From contig CAWIAD010000002.1 of NCBI GenBank assembly GCA_963833985.1, positions 1,376,001-1,440,000 on the forward strand: DNA of 64,000 bases. Reading direction: 5' to 3'. Positions 55,778-64,000 of the stretch are shown here, piece after piece. Position numbers and translations under genes: made by a program. The DNA is from an uncultured Planctomycetaceae bacterium (GTDB lineage Bacteria; Planctomycetota; Planctomycetia; Isosphaerales; Isosphaeraceae). Below the pieces are notes generated by a model. The model searched no databases. It was given only the letters and a program-made list of their open reading frames with translations, and was not told where the DNA came from. The first letter of the stretch is position 1. Each line of letters starts with the position of its first letter.

Positions 55778-56518
55778 TCAGCCCACTTGCAGGGCGCGGC
55801 ACGTTTGTTCGTAAGCGGCTTCCAGGTCCAGCGACACGACCAGGGTTTCCGTCAGCCAGATGTACAAAGGCGGCAACGATTCACCGACGACGAGCGGCAG
55901 GGCCCACGTGTCCAGCTTTGTCTTTCGGCCCGCCTGGCGCTTGCGACAGGTCGCCGCATAGATCGGTGGCGGGTCGGGGGACATCAACGGGTCCACCTGT
56001 CCCAGGAGGGTGAGCAACTCCGTGTACAGGTTGAACCGGCGTACGGTCACCAGATCGACCACGGAGACGCAGACGTCGTTTCGCAGCAGGTTTGCACACT
56101 TCGCGATGAACAGTTGGCGACTCTCCGCACGGTCCTTGTTGGCCGGGCTGACGATCTCCACGGCCGCCACCAGCTTGCGGTCGCGCGTCTGATCAAAGAT
56201 CAGGACTTCGTAAACATGCTGATCCGGGAAATCGACGTCGACCGTGAGATTTGGAGTGGGCAGCGCCAGGGTGGCCATGGCCGCGCCGTCATGCCTCACC
56301 GGATCCGGATCGGAGTGCCAATCCCTCTCACTACCCTTATCGAACGTGCATACGTCGATCTCGAAGTACGTGCCCACATGAACGCGCGGCTCGGCCGCGA
56401 AGCCCTTTGGTAATTTGGGTGCGAGATCGAGGACCATCATCATCGGCCAACCGCCATGGAAGCCTTCCCAGGAAGCCTGGTTCCACACCGGCGGCCGGAA
56501 GTGGTCTCTGAGCGGCAT
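55778..56518 (-). CDS. DUF4058 family protein
   Basis: [37 protein letters not shown]. Confidence 0.88.
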   Translation of the reverse strand: MPLRDHFRPPVWNQASWEGFHGGWPMMMVLDLAPKLPKGFAAEPRVHVGTYFEIDVCTFDKGSERDWHSDPDPVRHDGAAMATLALPTPNLTVDVDFPDQHVYEVLIFDQTRDRKLVAAVEIVSPANKDRAESRQLFIAKCANLLRNDVCVSVVDLVTVRRFNLYTELLTLLGQVDPLMSPDPPPIYAATCRKRQAGRKTKLDTWALPLVVGESLPPLYIWLTETLVVSLDLEAAYEQTCRALQVG

Positions 56519-56566
56519 GAGGATGCTCCTTTGACGCATTCTATCAGGATCGGCCAGGTCCAGCGA

Positions 56567-56720
56567 GCCGGCTTCCTGGGCAAGGCGTTCGATCCCTACA
56601 CCCTCTACCCGGAGGGTGATGATATGGACATGACGAAGATGGACCGGATCAAGGTTGATCACCTCCAGCTCCGGCCCAGGTCAGACGCTCATGGTTTTTC
56701 AGCGGCAGAGGCAGGGAAGA
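56567..56720 (+). repeat. mosaic duplicate: DUF1501 internal 111 bp plus TIGR03067 3' fragment
   Basis: 56567-56677 nearly identical to 54013-54123; 56679-56720 similar to 55301-55343. Confidence 0.85.
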
Positions 56721-56743
56721 ACTTCCGCACCATAGACTTGCCT

Positions 56744-57454
56744 TTATGTACCGCTCTCGCCGCGCAGGATCGCCTTGCGCATGGGCTCCGGAAACCGCTC
56801 GATCGCGTAGCGCAGCATCGTCCGGGGCATGGCCCCGGAGTGCTGCCGGACGAAGGCCTCGAGCGCGGGATGATCGCGCTTGCCGACCTCCCGGAGCATC
56901 CAGCCGGCGGCCTTGTGAATCAGGTCTTCGCGGTCGCCGATGAGTCGCTCGGCGACCCGTAGCGTGTCGGCGAATTCGTGCCGGCGAATGAAATGGAGGG
57001 TAGCGACGATACTGATGCGCCTTTCCCAGAGGCTGCGGGAAGCAGCCAGGCGGTCGAGCGGCCGGCGGTCGCGATCGGCCAGGTAGCCCCCCACGATGGC
57101 AGGCGCCGAGCAATCGACGAGATCCCAGTTGTTGATGTAGAGCGTATGATCGAGGTAAAGCCTGTAGATCTGCTTTTGCAGTGAGGGCTCCGCTCTGGCT
57201 GCCCTTCGGACCAGGATCAAAAGCGCCAGCAAGCGGTCCTCGTGGACCTTCGAACGCAGCAGCAGCAGGACCTGGTCGAGATCCAGAGCCTGGAATTCCT
57301 TCGCAAGACTGCGGAGTACGGGAACGCGGAGACCGAGGAAGATGTCGCCCTCGCCGTACTGGCCCGGACCCGTCTTGAAGTAGCGAGCCGCGAAAACCGC
57401 TGCCTCAGGGTTGCCGAGCGCGCGTAAGCGGTCCTGAACCTCGTCTGCCATCAT
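56744..57454 (-). CDS. DNA alkylation repair protein (AlkD-like)
   Basis: [58 protein letters not shown]. Confidence 0.9.
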   Translation of the reverse strand: MMADEVQDRLRALGNPEAAVFAARYFKTGPGQYGEGDIFLGLRVPVLRSLAKEFQALDLDQVLLLLRSKVHEDRLLALLILVRRAARAEPSLQKQIYRLYLDHTLYINNWDLVDCSAPAIVGGYLADRDRRPLDRLAASRSLWERRISIVATLHFIRRHEFADTLRVAERLIGDREDLIHKAAGWMLREVGKRDHPALEAFVRQHSGAMPRTMLRYAIERFPEPMRKAILRGESGT

Positions 57455-57541
57455 GAGTTTTCGATCCGAATTCGATGGCGTGGCGCACCGGGTCCGGGAT
57501 ATGGTTGAAGAATCACACTCACCGGTCTCGGGGCGAACGCC

Positions 57542-58788
57542 ATGTCCGACGTTGCCGGCCGCGGTCCTCATTTTGGCCTTCGCACTCAGCTCTTCGAAGA
57601 GCAGGTGCGGGAATTCCTCAAGATTCAGGATGGCAACGTGCCGGGCCCGCTTGCGGCCGAAGCACACGCACGCCTGGGCCAGTCGCTGCTGCTCCGTGGC
57701 CACAGGGTCGAGGCGATGGAGCAAGCCACACAGGCGCTGGAGCTTGACCCAGGCGAGCCGCTGGCCCATCACGTGCTCTCGCTGGCGCTCATGCGGCCTT
57801 CGTGGCCGCGCACCCGGCAATGGGACGCCGCGATCGTGCACGCCGAGGCCGCGATCCAGTCGGAGCCGTCGAATTCCGTGTACCGTTTTCAGCTCGGTTT
57901 GCTGTACCTCAATCACCCCAGAGCCGCTGCCGGAAGGAAACGGCAGATGGCCGCGAAGGCACTTGAGGTGGCCGAGGCCGGGCTGGCGATTCATCCCGAC
58001 TGCTCGTATTGCCAGCAGATTCGCGCGCAGGCTCTTGCAACGCTGAACCGCCGCGTTGAGGCAGAGCAGGCTTTTCTGGGAGCCCTACGCGAATCTCCAG
58101 ACGACGCCTACCTGCTTGTGCTTTTCGGCCGCTTCCTGATCGAGAGCGGCAGACTGCAAGAGGCAGAGCGCGTCCTCGACAAGGCCGTTCGATTGCAGCC
58201 GGGCAGCCGGTACTTCCGCTTTCATCGGAACCTCGCGCGGCTCGCCGGCGAGTGTCTGGCGGGGGGGGCCAGGCTTGCACTCTTGCTGGGGCTGGTCCGG
58301 CCGCGTCCACAGCTCGCGCAAAGGGGCGGCCCGGCAGTCGCGGAGGAGCTGATCCCGAACTGGCCCATCGGCATGGTTCTGGCAGTTACGGTTCTGGCGC
58401 TCACGCGGGTCTTCCTGGATCTGGTCGGCGACCGGGAACCTCTGCTGTTTTGCATCCCGGCCAGTATGCTGGCCATCTCGGCCTGCGCGATCTTCGGTAG
58501 GTACGGCCGCCGGCTCGGCGATCACGGCCGGTTGACCACCGGCGCCGTGATGGGTTCGCGTCGCTCATGTGGCTCTGGGGCTCGTTCCTGATGTTCCAGT
58601 GGCCCGCGCACATCTCGGTCGCGGTCAGGCAGTCGTGGCCCGGGCGCCATCTGGGCCTGGAATTCGAGCTGATGCGCGGACTTGGCCGGCTGTCGATTGC
58701 TGGCATGGTGCTCTTCGTGCTGGCCGTGCTTTGCCTCGGCTTGATCAATGCCAATTCGTCTTCGCGACTGGAAAGAGAAGAGCAGTGA
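57542..58788 (+). CDS. TPR-repeat membrane protein (frameshift near 58560)
   Basis: TPR-like units (ALELDP, AVRLQP) followed by TM segments; continues in ORF 58567-58788. Confidence 0.7.
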
Positions 58789-59075
58789 GCCTGACCTTGG
58801 ACGTCGAGAAGACAGGCAACCTGGTCGAGGCCGGTTTCTGGATCAGCTTCGGGCTCGTCGTCCTGCTCGGTCTCTGCAAGCGAGCCCGGCGGGTCACGGC
58901 TTTCACCATCATCACGGCAGCGATCATTGTTCTTTTCGGAGTCTCCGACCTTGTCGAAGCCCAGACAGGCGCGTGGTGGCGTCCCTGGTGGCTTCTGGTC
59001 TGGAAGGCGGATTGCCTGGCGGGGATGGCGCTCTGTTTGTGGACGTTCCTGCGTGTCAGATCAGAGCCGGGATGA
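58785..59075 (+). CDS. small membrane protein
   Basis: GTGA overlap; FGVSDLVE..GAWWRPWWLLVWK. Confidence 0.65.
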   Translation: MSLTLDVEKTGNLVEAGFWISFGLVVLLGLCKRARRVTAFTIITAAIIVLFGVSDLVEAQTGAWWRPWWLLVWKADCLAGMALCLWTFLRVRSEPG

Positions 59076-59092
59076 AGCAATTCGAATCCGCT

Positions 59093-59390
59093 TCAGCCCG
59101 CCTCGTCTTCCATGTGAAACCCCGCAGCCACGAGGTCGGACAGGGCCGAAATGGCTGCCTCCGCGTCCGGGCCGCGCAGCTTCGAGCTCGAGCGTCTGCC
59201 CGCGCTGCGCTGCCAGGCTGAGCATGTCCATCACGCTTTTACCGTTGGCCTTTCGTCCGTCGTGCAAGACGGACACGTCGCCCTGAAACGTGCTTGCCAG
59301 CTTCACGAACCGGGTCGACGGGCGCATGTGCAGCCCGTAGGTATTCACGATCGTCACCTGCCGGCGTGCGACGTCAGCGTCGCTGTTCAT
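59093..59390 (-). CDS. ptsH: HPr phosphocarrier (frameshift near 59175)
   Basis: VNTYGLHMRP, ANGKSVMDML; shifted tail GPDAEAAISAL. Confidence 0.88.
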
Positions 59391-59405
59391 GTTCCGTCCC
59401 CTGGC

Positions 59406-61900
59406 TCACGGGCCTTGAGTTGCTCTCAACTGACCATCGATCTCGTATTGCCTTCCAGGCCCCGTGGCGAGCTTCACGGTCCTGTCGCCGTACCGCACGG
59501 TCGCCTCGCGGCCCAGCAGCGAGTGGATCGTTGCCGATGCAAGCTGGCCGTCCTTCCACGCCAGGTCGACCTCGAATCCGCCCCGGCGCGCAGGCCTTGC
59601 ACCGATCCGCTGGGCCAGGCCTTGGGCAGGGCAGGCAGGAGGTGAATCTCGCCAGGGGCGGCGTGGCTTTGCAGCAGCATCTCGGCGATGCCGGCCGGGA
59701 AGGCAAAGTTGCCGTCCATCTGGAACGGCGGGTGGCTGCCGAACAGGTTGACATAGACGCCACCCGGCCCGAGCCGGAGGGTCCGTTCGATGAGCCGGAA
59801 GGCGTGGTCGCCGTCTCCCAGCCGGGCCCAGAGACTGATCTTCCAGCCAGAGGACCAGCCCGTCCCCTCGTCACTGCGCACCTCGAGCGACTTGCGAGCG
59901 GCCGCCAGCCATCCGGGCGTCTCCCGCGTGATCTGGTTCCCGGGATAAACGGCCCAGAGATGCGAGAGGTGCCGGTGGTGCACCTCGGCCTCGCGGAACG
60001 GACGGAACCATTCCTGGAGCCGTCCGTCCGGGCCGATCTGAAGTGGGTACAGCTTCGCCAGCGCCGCCGCGAGCCGGCCGCGGAAGGGCTCGTCGGTGTT
60101 CAGAAGCTTCGACGCCTCGATACAGTGCGTGAACAGGTCATGAATCAACTCCAGGTCCATCGTGCTGGCCATGCTTACGGCGGAGTGAGTGCCGTCCTGC
60201 GTGACGAAGACGTTTTCGGGCGAGGTCGAGGGCGCGGACACCAGATGGCCCTTGCCGTCGTCAATCAGGAAGTCGAGGCAGAACTCGGCCGCCCCTTTCA
60301 TGAGCGGGTACGCGGTCGCCTTCAGAAAGGCCTCGTCCCCGCCGAACTCGTAGTGCTGCCAGAGATGCTGGCAGAGCCAGGGACCGGACATCGGCCAGAG
60401 CACCAGGTGGCATCGCCCGCGCCGTAGTCTCCCACCGGAGCGGACTGCCGCCAGACGTCGGTGTTGTGGTGTGCCACCCAGCCGTTGCAACCGTAATTGA
60501 TGCGCGCCGTCTTGCGGCCGTTCTCGGCGAGGCCGCGGATCAGTTCGAAGAGGGGCTCGTGGCACTCGGCCAGGTTCATGGCCTCGACCGGCCACATATT
60601 CATTTGAGTGTTGATATTGATCGTGTAATTGCTGCTCCAGGGGCGCGCGCAGCTCGTCGTTCCAGATGCCCTGAAGGTTGGGCGGCTGCGTGCCAGGCCG
60701 TGCACTGGCAATCAGCAGGTAGCGGCCGTACTGAGCGTGCAGGACCACGAGCCCCGGATCGCGGGCGCCGAACTGCCGGACGCGTTCGTCGGTGGGCAGC
60801 TTCCGCGCCGCTTCGGGCGACGGCCCGAGATCCAGAGCGACGCGCCGGAAGAGACGCTGATGATCGGCGAGGTGAGCCTCCAGCAGCGCGGGATAGGTTT
60901 TGCCGGCGGCAGCGGCCAGCGCCTTGCCGGCGATCATGGCGGGATCGTTGCCCTGGAGCCCCGGCGATCGGTCGTAGCCGCTGAAGCTGGTGGCCGCCGA
61001 GAGCAAGAGCGTGACCTCGGTGGCGTGCACCACCTTGAGCTCGTGGTCGGAGGCCTCGACGGAACCGGACCTGGCCAGGGCGCGGAGCTGGCACTCGAAG
61101 GTCATGCCCTCACCGTCGTCCTTCTCGGAATAGACGATCGGGTTGGAGCGATCATAGTAGTTCGGATCGACGTGCGCGGGGGCCTTGCCGTGCAGCACCA
61201 GGTTCCCGTCCCGGGCCTGGGTCCGGAAGTGGAGCTTGCTGGCCAGGCGCGCCTTGAAGCTGAGGGCACCGGGCCGGCTCGCCGTCAAACGCACCACCAT
61301 GACCTGGTCGGGATGGGACACGAAGAGCGTGCGCCGGTAGTCCACACCGTCCCTGGTGTACGAGACTTCCGCCAGGCCCCGGTCGAGATCGAGGGTGCGG
61401 CGGTAGCGGCTCACGTCCCCGGCAGCCTGCGCGGCCGGGCGCGCCGGTTCAAATTCCAGGATCAGCTCTCCCATGGGGAGGTAGGTCTGGGTGTAGGGGC
61501 CCATCATCCTCTTCCCCAGCCGATGGGCTTCGGCGAACTTGCCCGCGAAGATGAGCCGGCGGATCTCGGGCAGGGATTTCAGGGCCTGGGGATTGTCGCA
61601 ATCCTTCGGGCCGCCCGACCAGAGGGTGTCCTCGTTCAGGGTGATTCGCTCGGTATTCACGCCGCCGTGCACCATGCCGCCCATGCGCCCGTTACCTACC
61701 GGCAAGGCTTCGAGCCACTCCCGGGCGGGTTTCGCATACCAGAGGACGAGCGGTTCCACGAGCTCGTCCGTCGGTACGGAAGCCGCTCGATCAGAGGCTT
61801 GAATCGAGCCCGTTGCCAGGAATAGAATCCAGTAGACCGCACTTCCGAGAACGCGTATCGGTCGCGGAGCTGAATTTCCCATCACGGAGTTCCTGCTCAT
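59406..61900 (-). CDS. GH95 alpha-L-fucosidase (several frameshifts)
   Basis: [59 protein letters not shown]. Confidence 0.92.
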
Positions 61901-62566
61901 GCGTCATGAACGGTACCGGACACGTCCTGCAAACGCCGCCCGCATGCAGTGCTCAGTGAAGACGCTGCAATGCTTACAAAACGAGCGTGTCCCTGGATGC
62001 GACGAGCGCCTTGGTTCGCGCTCGGGCCCGCTGGCAAGACAGCTCTGACGCTGAGCCTGATCTGCCAGTCTCCAGGTATTTTACGGCGATCTTCTCGGGC
62101 AACGCCATGAGGCTGCGGCAGGATCTGGCGCGGTTTCTCAATGCTTTTGATTTGCGGTATCGGTCTTGCTTCAGGTTTCTGTGGATGCGGCAAGCAACGC
62201 CCACATCCTCATGTCCAGAGTTCTCGTTTTCTTTCCCCACGGAGGCGACCATGAGTGCAAAGAAGCGTCGCAAGATCTACGGTGTCCGTCGGGAGACGCG
62301 CCGGACCAGAGGCTGGACGAGGTGGTTCCAGGAAGGCTTGTTCGATTCCGATTCGGCTGGCGGCATTCGCCTGCGGACGGTCCTGTGGGGACAGAGATAG
62401 GTCCGCCGCCGATCAGGCAGGACCGGTGAGCCGGCATTCCAGACCCATGCCAGCGATCGATGACCCTCGATCCAGCGGGTTCGGCTCACCTCAATCTGGC
62501 TCCCATCCGTCGGTCGGGTCACGGCCGGTCCAGTCATACCGGCCGTGACGCGACACAACGCGATGC

Positions 62567-64000
62567 TCACCGGGTTTTCAGGCTGGCCAGGAACTCGATG
62601 AGGTCTCGCACCTCGGACTTGCTGAGCTTCGTGATGAGGTCGGCCGGCATCGCCGAGGGCCCGCGCTTGCGTTCCTCGATCTCGGTCTTGGCCACAGTCA
62701 CCGGTTGACCCTCGGCGGTGATCAGATGGACGTCCCGGTCCGTCTCCGACCGGAGCACCCCGGTCACCACCTTGCCGTCGCTGGTGGCCAGGACCACCGA
62801 TTCAAAGCCCTGAGCGATCTTCTGATTGGGGTCGACCAGCGATTCAAGCAGATACTCGCGGTTCTGCCGGCTGCCAATGCCCGACAGTTCCGGCCCGACC
62901 TCTCCTCCGGTGACCTTGCGGTCGAATCCCGGGGCCTTGTGACAGCGCAGGCATGACACTTCGGCCTTCGAGAAGAAGATTCTCCGTCCTCGTCGCGCAT
63001 CGCCTCCCGCCAGGGTTTCCCGGAAGGGCCCGAGCGGATCGTTTTTCGACTTCGAGGCCTCGTACCGTTGCAGCCGGGAACGCATGGCGTCCGAGGGTTG
63101 ACGCTCGGCCGCCGTGATCAGATCAAGCCGGATCTCGGCGGGTACCTTGCCGGCGGCCAGGCGATCGAGCCATTCCAGCAGCACCGTCTCGGCCGCCGGG
63201 TAGGGACGATCGCCGAGGATCGCGAAGACGCCCTGACGCTCGTACGCGGTGCCCGACTGGAGCATCCGGTCCACCGCGGCGCGGGCGGCCGCGGGATCGG
63301 CCTGAAAGAGAACCCGGACTGCCTCCACACGCGCCCGCGGAGCACCCGACTTGACGACTCGCCGAGCCAGATCGGCCCGCGCCGGATGATGGAGGGCCTC
63401 GAGGGCCTTGAGGATCTCCACGAGCGTCTCGGCGGATGTCTTGCCGTCCGCGGCCAGCCGGGCGAGTGCTGGTCCTGCTTCCTGAATTGCCAGCAATCCG
63501 CTGGCGCGGATGGCTTCCTGGCCGATCTCCTCCGGTCCCCTGGTCAGCAGGTTCTCGATCTCCGTCCGGAGGGCCGTGGCGGCCGGATCCGCGGACCGGG
63601 GAGCGATCGGCCTCCAGAGCCCCATGACCTTGTCACGGCCCGCCGGATGTGCCCACTCCCCAAGCATCTCCAGCGCCAGCAGTCGTACCGCCTCGGGAAG
63701 ATCGGCGCGCCCCGCGGCGCTGGCCAGCGACCGTGCATCTTGCTCGCGACCGAGCCGGAAACAGGCGTTGGCAATCCGGCGCAGCAAGGGAACCGGTGCG
63801 CTCGCCGTGAAGGGCAGGGCGGCCAGCGCCGGCATGGCCTTCGGGATGGGGACGTCGTTGATGGCACGCGCGGCTTCCATTACCAGGCTGGGATCGGCAT
63901 CGCTCAGGAACTCCGCGACCGCCGGAGCCTCGTGTCTCCTCAGCGCCAGCAGCACACCCACTCGAACCGAGGGAGACGGATCGTGACATGCCTGCTTGAG
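62567..64000 (-). CDS. PVC-type HEAT-repeat / heme-binding CxxCH protein, 5' part outside the window
   Basis: HEAT-like repeats, GDARRGRRIF..CLRCH, GPELSGIG, SAMP..RDLIEFL. Confidence 0.88.
   Translation of the reverse strand, partial: LKQACHDPSPSVRVGVLLALRRHEAPAVAEFLSDADPSLVMEAARAINDVPIPKAMPALAALPFTASAPVPLLRRIANACFRLGREQDARSLASAAGRADLPEAVRLLALEMLGEWAHPAGRDKVMGLWRPIAPRSADPAATALRTEIENLLTRGPEEIGQEAIRASGLLAIQEAGPALARLAADGKTSAETLVEILKALEALHHPARADLARRVVKSGAPRARVEAVRVLFQADPAAARAAVDRMLQSGTAYERQGVFAILGDRPYPAAETVLLEWLDRLAAGKVPAEIRLDLITAAERQPSDAMRSRLQRYEASKSKNDPLGPFRETLAGGDARRGRRIFFSKAEVSCLRCHKAPGFDRKVTGGEVGPELSGIGSRQNREYLLESLVDPNQKIAQGFESVVLATSDGKVVTGVLRSETDRDVHLITAEGQPVTVAKTEIEERKRGPSAMPADLITKLSKSEVRDLIEFLASLKTR

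Noticed and set aside
61987..62400. Small plus-strand ORF between GH95 and the heme protein
   Set aside because: No recognisable motif; cannot be supported from sequence alone.

Overview
GC-rich planctomycete (Isosphaeraceae-like) chromosomal segment. The flanks carry typical genes: two DUF1549/DUF1553 cytochrome c plus DUF1501 pairs, four DUF4058 paralogs, DUF1080, TIGR03067, GH95, HPr, AMP nucleosidase, and a sigma54 activator divergent from a peptidase/radical-SAM operon. A complete group II intron (15320-17313) sits inside a REP-like palindrome that its EBS1/EBS2 complement. The main observation is an ~21.6 kb accessory region (about 23780-45460) bounded by a degenerate duplicate of the amn 3' end. 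It holds a run of small co-oriented minus-strand genes, and most gene boundaries carry a ~22-32 bp same-orientation motif (approx. AACTATA-n-yyCAsccg-wTRCrc). This resembles an integron-like cassette array without attC sites and without a recombinase in the window. The array has been hit by IS3, two IS1634 copies and a multi-gene DDE/ExeA/AAA transposon that itself contains an ISAzo13. Many single-base frameshifts in conserved genes suggest sequencing or assembly indels. All family calls come from motif recognition by eye; no database search was run.
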